A DNA stretch of 54,495 bases from an uncultured Gammaproteobacteria bacterium (GCA_964395115.1 CAYMZX010000007.1:1-54495), one strand, 5' to 3'. Shown: positions 38,396-47,314, counted from the first letter of the stretch. Numbers and translations: made by a program. The notes: generated by a model not told the origin, from the sequence alone.

Positions 38396-38890
38396 CTAAA
38401 ACAAAGTCTGATTTCGGCATGCATGGATGGCAACCAGAATCAGTGTACAGATTGCAAACACGGTAACCACCTTTTTCCTTAGCTTGACCTCCGGCGTGTC
38501 CGGGATTTTCAGGGGGCGGATTGCTTCCCGTTCCTCCTTGCTATAGTGCTTGTATTCGTCCCAGTGAATCATCCGTCCGGACAGGTCTCGCCGAGGCTCC
38601 AACATTAACAGACCGAGACAACCCCCGAATTGGAGCGTAAATCCCAAGATCGCACCCATGATGGGATTTCGGCCCTTGGCCATAGCAACATGTGCGCCAA
38701 GGAATGTCCAGGCGCCGAGATAGATCGCAAAACAGCTCAGTCCTGCAATCCGCCGTGCCAGACACAGACCCGAAAGTCCTGCCATAGGATCGTTTTCGCT
38801 ACACCCCGCCCTAGCACTTGCCAAAAAGATCCAGAACCAGACGACCGCATAGAGCATAATCGCAATGGAGTAGAGCCATTTTTTCTTCAT
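38396..38890 (-). CDS. Hypothetical membrane protein (164 aa)
   Basis: SD AGGAGG before ATG 38890; about four TM segments; boxA-like GTACTTTGACAA at 38923-38934. Confidence 0.75.
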   Translation of the reverse strand: MKKKWLYSIAIMLYAVVWFWIFLASARAGCSENDPMAGLSGLCLARRIAGLSCFAIYLGAWTFLGAHVAMAKGRNPIMGAILGFTLQFGGCLGLLMLEPRRDLSGRMIHWDEYKHYSKEEREAIRPLKIPDTPEVKLRKKVVTVFAICTLILVAIHACRNQTLF

Positions 38891-39209
38891 CTCGTCCTCC
38901 TCGTGGCGAATAAGTGACTGGATTGTCAAAGTACTTTAGCCGTCTCAATAGGAAAGAAGATGGAAGCTATATATTCACCATTCCTACTAAGGCGGATTAC
39001 AAAAAAATGTCCAAACTCTTGGGCAAGTACTTAGATTATACTCTCCTGCAGTCTTTTTCTCAAAAATATTTGAGCCAGCTTCTTTTAGATAAATAACAAC
39101 ATGTATTTTGAATCATGTTTTCTTTGACAAATAGTGCTATAATAGCCCATCTTTTCGCACATTCACAATTTCCGGAATACACACCCTAAACCCTAAAGGA
39201 GGGATTACA

Positions 39210-39608
39210 ATGAATATAATAACCTTGGAGTTTTGGCTCGACTTCGATAGTAAAGACCGAGCAGTATTGCTGAAGGTAGGAAACCTAGTAATTTCAAAGG
39301 TTGAGCAGGAAGTTCCAGGGTTTCTAATCCTGAACCAACGAATCCTGATGCCCTCGGATGCGCCCGTGGTTGTCTGGCAAATGGACGTAGATGTCAGACA
39401 AGCAGACGGGATTCGAAAATCCCTGCCCTACTGGTTCCGTTACTACGCCAACGAGGCTGGGGTTCTACCGGAGGAGTCCAAAGAGCTTCTGAAACAAGAG
39501 AACGCAGCTCGTTCGGGCAAGGGAGCCCCACCTTCTCTTGGGAAAAGGATGATTGCTATCCCCAATATCCCGGCGAAGAAGAAAAAGTGGTGGGAATTCT
39601 GGAAGTGA
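39210..39608 (+). CDS. Hypothetical protein with C-terminal KKKKWWEFWK tail
   Basis: Extended -10 TGCTATAAT (39135-39143), GCACATTCACAA (39157-39168), AAGGAGG SD, then hairpin/T-tract at 39614-39671. Confidence 0.8.
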   Translation: MNIITLEFWLDFDSKDRAVLLKVGNLVISKVEQEVPGFLILNQRILMPSDAPVVVWQMDVDVRQADGIRKSLPYWFRYYANEAGVLPEESKELLKQENAARSGKGAPPSLGKRMIAIPNIPAKKKKWWEFWK

Positions 39609-39831
39609 GGCGATAGGGTTGCGATGCGGATAAACCGCTGAGACATCGAATGGTGCGCAACCTAGTTTTTTAATTTTTTGGCTTGTGACCGACGATTAGG
39701 TTATTCCAAGATTTAGTTTGTTCGAATTTGTAGAATTTATTTGACTTCTACCCCATAATTACCTAAACTCCAAGCTGGCGAGAGGATTGCTCATTAACAA
39801 TTTTGTTCAATTTCACCCTAGGAGGTGTGAA

Positions 39832-40338
39832 ATGACTCAAACCTGCTGGTTCTGCAAGGAAAATTCCGAAGATCCGACAAAGGCCACCAAGATTCCGCTC
39901 TATAAGATAACGGACATGGAAAAGGAATATTTGTGGAGAGGGTCGATTAAGCAGCTGCCGTACGCGATCAAAACAGCCTACCGTTATCTTACAGCCAAAG
40001 TAGTTGTTCCCCGTTGCAACAAGTGTGCCCGGGACCAGGCAGAAGAGCGTGCAGTTGAATACGTCGCAGGCATTCTGGGGCTAACTGGGATTGTGGCCCT
40101 AATCGTCTTGGTCTTTGTTGCATAGCCGGCCAATATCAAGATAGTAGTCACTATTGTTTGTGGATTGTCCACCGTCGTGCTTCTGTATACCTTCGTCAAG
40201 GCACCCAAATATTTCCTGCGAGGAATAATGCAAGAAGGTTAAAAAAGCACACACCCTGAGGTGACAAGCTTGATGAGAACCGGTTATCGCATTGGCGTAA
40301 GTCCTGCGGATCCGCATCGTAGTAGGTCCATTAGATAG
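39832..40338 (+). pseudogene. Zn-finger membrane protein with two in-frame stops
   Basis: SD-led ATG 39832, two CxxC motifs. The frame continues after TAG 40123 (second TM helix) and TAA 40240 (HPEV..L..GY.IG) to TAG 40336, just before the terminator. Confidence 0.6.
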
Positions 40339-40343
40339 TTACC

Positions 40344-40403
40344 CCCCGCATTTTTGCGTTTGACTAGAAGTTCTAGTTGACCAAAGGTGCGGGGTATTTT
40401 TTT
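40344..40403 (+). terminator. Long hairpin terminator
   Basis: CCCCGCA/TGCGGGG with inner GACTAGAA/TTCTAGTT helix and a T7 tract. Confidence 0.7.
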
Positions 40404-40467
40404 GTCAAAATTTCAAATATTTTTTGTTTAGTGCTGTGAAGTTCTTTTGTCCGAAACAAGCTGTTTT

Positions 40468-41304
40468 CTATCCTGATATCTCGGTGTTTCCTTGGAAGCA
40501 ATAGGAGGGAGGATAGTCGCTAGGTTTCAAGCCACTGGCCACGGTTTCCAGTTTATAACCTTGATTCAAAAGGTGGTCCACAATTCTGGACGCATAGAAG
40601 GCATCATAAAAACGGTGGTTATGACTTAAAACTATATCCCCGGCCTGTACATGACCAGAAATGTTTTGAAGGGTGTTTTCATCTATACCTCCAGAGCACA
40701 ACGACCAGAGAACATGTTGAAGTCCGTACTCGGCAAAAATTCTTCTTACTCTTTCGTTACTGTCCCCAAATGGGGCCCTAAAATATTTAACCTGATAGCC
40801 AGGGATTATTTCTCCAATAATTTTAAACCACTCCTCGATGTCTCTTCTTATTTGATCGGAGCTATAAGTAGTGAGGGGATCGTGTATTAATCCGTGACAT
40901 CCTAAAACATGGCCTTCGGTTACAATTCTCTCTATTTCTGAAGAGTAGTTTCTGAGAGAGATATTACCTCTTTGGTAGCCTCCGGGAAGAAAAAAAGTGG
41001 CCTTCGCCTCCAATCCCAAATAGGCGTCCAAAATTGTGTTGAACCTCTCACGATTTCCCATGTCGTCGTAAGTCATTAAAACTATATTTCTAGAGGCATC
41101 ACATCTTCTCACTTCATGATTGACCAAAAATTCTATTATTTCTGGAGTAATATTCTCGGGATTCGTTATCTCCCCATCTTGTCGCTGTTTTTTTACCCCG
41201 TCGTTCAAAATGTCAACCTTATTCCCAAACATAACGGTTCCTGCTGAGAAAGCAACAACTCCGAAAAAGCCTCTACGGCTAAGAGTATTTTTCTTTTCTA
41301 TCAT
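40468..41304 (-). CDS. Polysaccharide deacetylase (CE4) with twin-arginine-like N-terminus
   Basis: TYDD, ATFF, HGLIH, FRAPFG, IVLSH; SRRGFF at the N-terminus. Confidence 0.9.
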   Translation of the reverse strand: MIEKKNTLSRRGFFGVVAFSAGTVMFGNKVDILNDGVKKQRQDGEITNPENITPEIIEFLVNHEVRRCDASRNIVLMTYDDMGNRERFNTILDAYLGLEAKATFFLPGGYQRGNISLRNYSSEIERIVTEGHVLGCHGLIHDPLTTYSSDQIRRDIEEWFKIIGEIIPGYQVKYFRAPFGDSNERVRRIFAEYGLQHVLWSLCSGGIDENTLQNISGHVQAGDIVLSHNHRFYDAFYASRIVDHLLNQGYKLETVASGLKPSDYPPSYCFQGNTEISG

Positions 41305-41392
41305 GACCTATAATGCCTGGCGAACTAGAATATCACTTTTGTGTTGGTAAGTCCACTAACTTGGAATCGTTTCCCCCGGGGGAGCAGTATAA

Positions 41393-41513
41393 GGAACGAA
41401 ACGCAGTGAAGTGACCCCACTGGGACTCGTGTGCACAAATTTCTTCCATACTTGGCACTATCGAGGAACAGTGTGGGGAACGAAACGCAGTGAAGTGACC
41501 CCACTGGGACTCG
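41393..41513. repeat. 37-bp direct repeat duplicating the tRNA-Glu 3' end
   Basis: GGAACGAAACGCAGTGAAGTGACCCCACTGGGACTCG at 41393-41429 and 41477-41513. Confidence 0.9.
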
Positions 41514-41568
41514 AACCCAGGTTTCTAGGATGAGAACCTAGTGTCCTAGACCGCTAGACGATGGGGCC
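41496..41568 (-). tRNA. tRNA-Glu(CTC)
   Basis: GGCCCCA/TGGGGTC acceptor stem, CTAGG-TTCTCAT-CCTAG anticodon arm, GGTTCGAGTCC; CCA not encoded. Confidence 0.96.
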
Positions 41569-41762
41569 TCGTAAAACTCGGCGAGCCCTTCGGCTATCGT
41601 ATAACTTTCTGTTTCAGGCTCTATTTTACCTTGAAAAAGCCAAAAATGCCAACTTTTTTTCTTGACAAAGCAACTACCGAAGATTAGAATTTCTTTCGTA
41701 GAAGATTATAATTTCCCTCCACAAAATTGAAAGCGGAGGGGTATTTTTTTAGTTTTCCTGAT

Positions 41763-42227
41763 ATGTTCAAACAAATCCAACTCACTAAAGAAGGTTTCGA
41801 AGAATTGAGATTAGAACTCGATGAGCTAGTCAATGTAAAGAGACCGAAGCTAGTCGAGAGATTGGCTAGCGCTAGAGTTCAGGGAGACCTGACCGAGAAC
41901 AGTGACTATTTTAATGCCAAAGAAGAATTGGAGTTTCTTGACGGTCGAATTGAAGAACTTGAAGAGGTCTTGAAAAATGCCCAGATTGTTAAAACAAAAA
42001 ATGGGCGTAATACCGCTGTCGAAATTGGAACAAAAGTAACAGTTAAAGTAAGCGGCGAAAAACATATCTATGAAGTAGTCGGCGAATGGGAAGCAGACCC
42101 AATTAACAAAAGAATTTCCCCGTCGTCACCTCTGGGAAAGGCTTTGGTTGGGAAAAAAGTCGGTGATAAAGCCGAAGTGGAGGCCCCAGCTGGGAAACTA
42201 ATATACGAAATCCTCGCAATCGAGTAA
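41763..42227 (+). CDS. greA: Transcription elongation factor GreA
   Basis: LTKEG, GDLTENSDY, IS..SPLGKAL, EAPAG; ATG 41763 preferred as start. Confidence 0.97.
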   Translation: MFKQIQLTKEGFEELRLELDELVNVKRPKLVERLASARVQGDLTENSDYFNAKEELEFLDGRIEELEEVLKNAQIVKTKNGRNTAVEIGTKVTVKVSGEKHIYEVVGEWEADPINKRISPSSPLGKALVGKKVGDKAEVEAPAGKLIYEILAIE

Positions 42228-42251
42228 TAGGTCTGATAAAATAGCCTCAAG

Positions 42252-43817
42252 GTGCATTGGGCTGACAAGCTTGCCAAAGAAATAATAACCTCGGGCAAAT
42301 TTAAACCGTACTGGGTTGATGATATGAAAACTCCTTCGGGATTTGCCCATATAGGTTCATTGAGAGGTCCTTTAATTCATAGCGTTATCTTCAGAGCGCT
42401 AAAAGACGCTACTAAGGAAAAGGTGGTTTACACTTTTGTTTTTAATGATTTCGATCCGGCCGATGAGCTCCCTCTCGAATTTAAGGATGAACTTTCAGAG
42501 TATTTAGGCTTTCCTTTAAGAAAAATACCTTCTCCGAGAAAAGACTTTACCTCTCTGGGAGAGCTATTGGCCGATGATTTGAAAAAGGTAATGGTGGAAT
42601 TAGGCTGCGAAGCCGAATACCTCTCTTCTTGGGACATGTATCACCAGGGTAAGTTTGACGGTGTCATAAAAGAGGCCTTAAACAACGCTTCCAAAATTCA
42701 GGATATTTACCAGAAAGTTTCTGGAAGCAAGAAAAAGGAGTCTGGCTGGTTGCCTTTTCAGGTAATTTGTGAGAAATGCGGCAAACTCGGCACTACCAAA
42801 GTTTTCGCTTGGGATGGCAAAGAAGTTTCCTATAAATGCGAGCCGGATTTGGTTTCCTGGGCTCGCGGGTGTGGTTACCAAAGCAAGATAAGTCCCTTTG
42901 GAGGAACAGGAAAGCTTCCTTGGAAAGTTGATTGGGCCGCCCATTGGAAAGTAATCGGGGTAACCATAGAAGGGGCGGGGAAGGATCACGCTTCGGCCGG
43001 AGGCTCCTACGATATCGCGATGGCTTTGTGCGAGGAAGTTTTCAAATATCCCCCTCCCTATAAACTTCCGTACGAATTCTTTTTGATTGGAGGGAAAAAA
43101 ATGTCTTCCTCGAAAGGCTTGGGTCTTAAAGCCCACGATGTTACTAAAATTTTACCGCCGGTTTTAGCAAGGTTTCTCTTTACCAGAACCAATTATAAAG
43201 AACAAATAAATTTTGATCCTTCAGGAAACATGGCGATTCCCGACCTCTTTGATGAATATGATCGTGCCTGGAGAGCCTATATTGACAAATCAGATGAAAC
43301 ATTAGTCAGGGCTTTCGAACTCGCCCAAGTTAAAAAGGGTCCCGATCGGAAAAATTTATTTTTGCCAAGATTCAGGGATATTGCTACTTACCTTCAATTT
43401 CCCGACGTTGATCTCTTTAAGAAATTTGAAGAGATCAAAGGCGGCAAACTTACATCGCAAGAATTAGCCATTCTAAAAGAAAGGATCGGTTACGCCAAGA
43501 GTTGGCTTAAAGAATACGCCCCCGAAGAAATGCGTATTACAATGTTAGAAAAACTGCCATCGCAGGTTTCTACACTTGATCGAAATCAAAAACATTATCT
43601 TTTAAAAGTAGCCGAACTTTTGGAGACAGAGAGAACTCCGGAAGCACTCCAGCAGGCACTGTACAAAGTTGCTAAAGATGTCGGAGATGTTAAAAAATGT
43701 TTCGCCGCCATTTATCTGGCGATGACTGGAACCGACCATGGTCCTAAGGCAGCCTGGTTTTTGCTATCATATCCCAAGGAGAAAGTGATCGAGAGATTAA
43801 AAAAAGCAGCAAGATGA
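42252..43817 (+). CDS. lysS: Class I lysyl-tRNA synthetase
   Basis: MHWAD, PSGFAHIG, KLPWKVDW, GKDH, KMSSSKG. Confidence 0.96.
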   Translation: MHWADKLAKEIITSGKFKPYWVDDMKTPSGFAHIGSLRGPLIHSVIFRALKDATKEKVVYTFVFNDFDPADELPLEFKDELSEYLGFPLRKIPSPRKDFTSLGELLADDLKKVMVELGCEAEYLSSWDMYHQGKFDGVIKEALNNASKIQDIYQKVSGSKKKESGWLPFQVICEKCGKLGTTKVFAWDGKEVSYKCEPDLVSWARGCGYQSKISPFGGTGKLPWKVDWAAHWKVIGVTIEGAGKDHASAGGSYDIAMALCEEVFKYPPPYKLPYEFFLIGGKKMSSSKGLGLKAHDVTKILPPVLARFLFTRTNYKEQINFDPSGNMAIPDLFDEYDRAWRAYIDKSDETLVRAFELAQVKKGPDRKNLFLPRFRDIATYLQFPDVDLFKKFEEIKGGKLTSQELAILKERIGYAKSWLKEYAPEEMRITMLEKLPSQVSTLDRNQKHYLLKVAELLETERTPEALQQALYKVAKDVGDVKKCFAAIYLAMTGTDHGPKAAWFLLSYPKEKVIERLKKAAR

Positions 43818-44404
43818 TTACTAGAAATAAAGCACTGGAAATCCTTCATTCGAATATGGAATCCCAGAATTTGAGGAGACATTGCTATGCGGTCGAAGCC
43901 ATCATGCGAGCCTTGGCAAAATACTTTAAGGAAGACGAAGAAAAATGGAGAATTGTTGGTCTTCTTCACGACGGAGATTACGAAAAAACCAAAGCCACTC
44001 CCGAGAAGCACACTCTTCTGATGGTTGATTGGCTGAAAGAAGCTGGCGAAACAGATGAAGAAATTCTGGAAGCGATTTTGACCCATAATTACGCTCACTT
44101 AGTTGACCCCGAAATAGGAGATAAAACCGCCAGGGCGCCAAAGACAAATCTTGAGTGGTCTCTGTATTGTGCCGATGAACTCGCCGGATTTATTGTAGCC
44201 GTTGCTTTGGTACGGCCGGATAAAAGAATTTCCTCGGTGACTACTAACCATATTTTGAAGAAGTGGAAAGAAAGGTCGTTTGCGGCCGGGGTGAACAGGA
44301 AACAGATCGAGATGTGTGAAGAGAAGCTCAACATTCCATTAAGAGAGTTTATTGGTATTGCTTTGGAAGCGATGCAGGGAATAGCGGAAGATCTTGGATT
44401 ATAG
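43814..44404 (+). CDS. HD-domain phosphohydrolase
   Basis: NLRRHCYAVE, GLLHDGDYE, DELAG, FAAGVNR. Confidence 0.88.
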   Translation: MITRNKALEILHSNMESQNLRRHCYAVEAIMRALAKYFKEDEEKWRIVGLLHDGDYEKTKATPEKHTLLMVDWLKEAGETDEEILEAILTHNYAHLVDPEIGDKTARAPKTNLEWSLYCADELAGFIVAVALVRPDKRISSVTTNHILKKWKERSFAAGVNRKQIEMCEEKLNIPLREFIGIALEAMQGIAEDLGL

Positions 44405-44433
44405 AATTAAGAACTAAAATATCAAAGATCAAA

Positions 44434-44796
44434 GTGATTAGTCAAAGTAAGATTAAAAACTATAAGGAATTGAGGTTTTGGCAGACTGCTTTTGAAGTTA
44501 CAACTTCGGTAAATGAAAAAGCTCTTTGGATAATAAGTGACCAGGTTATTAGGGCATCATCCTCGGTTGGAGCAAATATTGCAGAAGGTTTTGGAAGATA
44601 TAAAGGAAAAGAATTTGAGAGGTTTTTACAGATTTCTTTCGGCTCGGCAAACGAGGTAGAATACTGGTTGTTGGTACTGAAAAAGGCTGTTCCTAGGTTT
44701 TCTGGCAAAATCGACTTGATTATTGGGAGAAACAGCGAAACAATTAAAATACTAGCCAGCTCGCTTAAATCATTAAGGATTAGAAACAAAAACTGA
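44434..44796 (+). CDS. Four-helix-bundle (23S rRNA IVS-like) protein
   Basis: YKELRFWQ, QVIRASSSVGANIAEG, FLQISFGSANEV. Confidence 0.85.
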   Translation: MISQSKIKNYKELRFWQTAFEVTTSVNEKALWIISDQVIRASSSVGANIAEGFGRYKGKEFERFLQISFGSANEVEYWLLVLKKAVPRFSGKIDLIIGRNSETIKILASSLKSLRIRNKN

Positions 44797-44874
44797 AGAA
44801 ATAAAGTTATAAGTGATTAGTCTTTTTGTTTAAGATTTATCACTAGTTATTTTAGTTTTTTATTATTTACTTTT

Positions 44875-46110
44875 ATGTTAGACATCCAATTTATTAGGGA
44901 AAACAGCCAAAGAGTAAAAAAGGGAGTAGCCGATAAACAATATAACCCGGCTCTTGTTGATGAAGTCCTGCGGTTGGACGAAGAAAGGCGAAAATTAATT
45001 GCCGAAATAGAAGATCTTAGACGAGGAAGAAACAAAGCGGCGGAGGATAAAAATGTTGAAGAAGGCAAAAAAATTAAAGAAAAGCTTAAAACAAAAGAGC
45101 CCGAGCTGGCGAAAATAGAGAAACAGTTCGAAGAGGTTTTAAATAAGATTCCCAATCTTCCCCTGTCTCACACCCCAAAGGGTAAGGGCGAAGACGAGAA
45201 TGTTGAGATCAAAAAATGGGGAGAGCCGAGAAAATTTGACTTCGATCCGCTTGACCATCTTGAGCTGGGGAAAAAATTGGGGATTCTTGATTTTGAAACC
45301 GGAGCCAAGGTCAGCGGTTCTCAATTTTATTTTTGGTATGGGGATGGTGCTCGGCTTGAAATCGCCCTTATCCAGTACGCGTTTGAATTACTATCCAAAG
45401 AAGGGTTTACTCCGGTTATAACTCCCGATTTGTCTAAATCTAGATATTATTACGGAACGGGCTATTTACCGAAGGGAAAAGAGGCTCAAACCTACGAAAT
45501 AAAAGACGAAGATTTAGGGCTAATTGCAACGGCGGAAATAACTCTGGCGGGAAAACATGCCGATGAAATAATCCCCGAAAGCAACCTCCCCCTTAAATAT
45601 ATCGGCTATTCTCATTGTTTCAGGAAAGAAGCAGGCGCCTACGGTAAATACTCTAAAGGACTTTATCGCGTTCACCAGTTTACCAAGGCGGAAATATTTA
45701 TTTTTTGTCTTTCCGAAGAATCGGACAAACACCACCAATATATTCTGGAGATGGAGGAAAAAATTTACCAAGGTTTAGGTCTTCCCTATCGGGTAGTGGA
45801 AATGTGTACTGGCGAATTGGGGGCGATGGCCGCCAGAAAATTTGATATTGAAGTTTGGATGCCCAGCCGGAAAGCTTACGGCGAAGTGACTTCAACTTCG
45901 AATTGTACAGACTATCAAGCCCGGAACTTAAACATAAAAGTCAGGCGAAAGAATGGTCAACTGGAATATGTCCACATGTTGAATGGAACGGCAATTGCTA
46001 CTTCGAGAACACCTTTGGCGATTTTAGAAAATTATCAACAAAAGGACGGAACAGTTGTTGTTCCGGAGGTTCTTCGTAAGTGGATGGGAAAAAATAAAAT
46101 TACTCCCTGA
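44875..46110 (+). CDS. serS: Seryl-tRNA synthetase
   Basis: MLDIQFIR, LIATAE, FRKEAG, GLYRVHQF, SNCTDYQAR, LNGTA. Confidence 0.98.
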   Translation: MLDIQFIRENSQRVKKGVADKQYNPALVDEVLRLDEERRKLIAEIEDLRRGRNKAAEDKNVEEGKKIKEKLKTKEPELAKIEKQFEEVLNKIPNLPLSHTPKGKGEDENVEIKKWGEPRKFDFDPLDHLELGKKLGILDFETGAKVSGSQFYFWYGDGARLEIALIQYAFELLSKEGFTPVITPDLSKSRYYYGTGYLPKGKEAQTYEIKDEDLGLIATAEITLAGKHADEIIPESNLPLKYIGYSHCFRKEAGAYGKYSKGLYRVHQFTKAEIFIFCLSEESDKHHQYILEMEEKIYQGLGLPYRVVEMCTGELGAMAARKFDIEVWMPSRKAYGEVTSTSNCTDYQARNLNIKVRRKNGQLEYVHMLNGTAIATSRTPLAILENYQQKDGTVVVPEVLRKWMGKNKITP

Positions 46111-47266
46111 GATAATATTTTTTTCCTTTTAGTTTTTCGGGTAACAAGCTTTCCTTGGAGTATTTTTCATAGCCCTCGCCATAGCCGATATCTTTCATTA
46201 GTTTAGTGACGGGGTTTCTTATTTTTAAAGGGACGGGGAGATTGCCATGGCGGCGGACATCATCAACTGCCCGGAAGTAAGCTTCATAAGCTGAACGGTC
46301 CTTTTTAGCAGATGCCAAATAGACGGTCCCGTGAGCCAGATTAATAGCGCATTCAGGATAACCAATTGAATCGCAGGCCCTAAAAACTTCATTGGCGACC
46401 ACCAAAGCGGTTGGTTGAGCCATACCGATATCTTCGGAAGCGAAAATGACCATCCTCCTAGCGATGTACAAAGGATCTTGCCCCGCCTCGATCATTCGGG
46501 CAAGATAATAAAGCGCGGCGTCAACATCGGAAGCGCGGAGAGACTTGATATAAGCAGAAATCACATTGTAGTAATCCTCACCTCTTTTATCGAAAGTATA
46601 TTGTCTTTTTTGAAGGGCTTGTTCAATAGATTGAAGCGAAATTCGTTTTGTCCCGGACAGGTTGACGGCAATTTCTAAAACCGTCAAAGCGACTCTGGCA
46701 TCTCCATTAGAAGATTCCAGAAGAAACTTTCTAATCTTTTCATTAAGCTTTACTTTCAGATAGCTCTCTCCTCTTTTGACAATAGTCGAGAGTTCGTTTT
46801 CGGACAGCTGATGAAGAAGAAGAACTCTGGTTCTGGACAGCAGCGGGGCAATAATTTCAAAAGAGGGATTTTCCGTGGAGGCGCCAATCAGGGTGATATC
46901 TCCTCTCTCGACGAAAGGAAGAAGTTTTGCTTGTTGGGCTTTATTAAATCGATGTATCTCGTCGATTACGATTACCGGCGGAAACATATTCCCTTTACTC
47001 ATCAGTTTTTCAATTTCCTTGATAGAAGAAGAAACGGCCGAAAACTCGAAATATTGCCTTTTAAGTTCAACGGCTATTATTCTAGCCAGAGTGGTTTTAC
47101 CCGACCCGGGCGGGCCCCAAAAAATCAAAGAGGGAAAGAAACCGGTTTTTTTGGCACTTGAGAGAAGTTTTCTAACAATTCCCTCCTTTCCAGTCAGATG
47201 TTTTTGGCCGACAAAGTCAGAAATTTTTTCCGGTCTCAAAACTTCGGCCAAAGGTACGCCCTCCAT
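46100..47266 (-). CDS. rarA: Replication-associated recombination protein A
   Basis: PLAEVLRP, GPPGSGKTT, DEIHRFNKAQQ, ASEDIG. Confidence 0.95.
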   Translation of the reverse strand: MEGVPLAEVLRPEKISDFVGQKHLTGKEGIVRKLLSSAKKTGFFPSLIFWGPPGSGKTTLARIIAVELKRQYFEFSAVSSSIKEIEKLMSKGNMFPPVIVIDEIHRFNKAQQAKLLPFVERGDITLIGASTENPSFEIIAPLLSRTRVLLLHQLSENELSTIVKRGESYLKVKLNEKIRKFLLESSNGDARVALTVLEIAVNLSGTKRISLQSIEQALQKRQYTFDKRGEDYYNVISAYIKSLRASDVDAALYYLARMIEAGQDPLYIARRMVIFASEDIGMAQPTALVVANEVFRACDSIGYPECAINLAHGTVYLASAKKDRSAYEAYFRAVDDVRRHGNLPVPLKIRNPVTKLMKDIGYGEGYEKYSKESLLPEKLKGKKYYLRE

Positions 47267-47314
47267 ATTAGCCCATTATATACCGAACAAAAGCCGAAAC
47301 AAGTATAATCTAAA

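Noticed and set aside
38226-38420. N-terminal extension of the LCP ORF in the track
   Set aside because: It spans a terminator, a -10 box and the leader; the SD and lipoprotein signal place the start at 38225.
39832-40338. Alternative genetic code
   Set aside because: TAA, TAG and TGA all terminate conserved genes in this window.
37119-40403. Integron attC cassette array
   Set aside because: The hairpins lack clear RYYYAAC/GTTRRRY boxes, the genes have their own leaders and mixed orientation, and there is no intI.
41393-41513. CRISPR array
   Set aside because: Only two copies, the repeat is tRNA-derived, and no cas genes are present.
44434-44796. Diversity-generating retroelement
   Set aside because: Only an Avd-like fold is present; no reverse transcriptase or TR/VR pair was seen.
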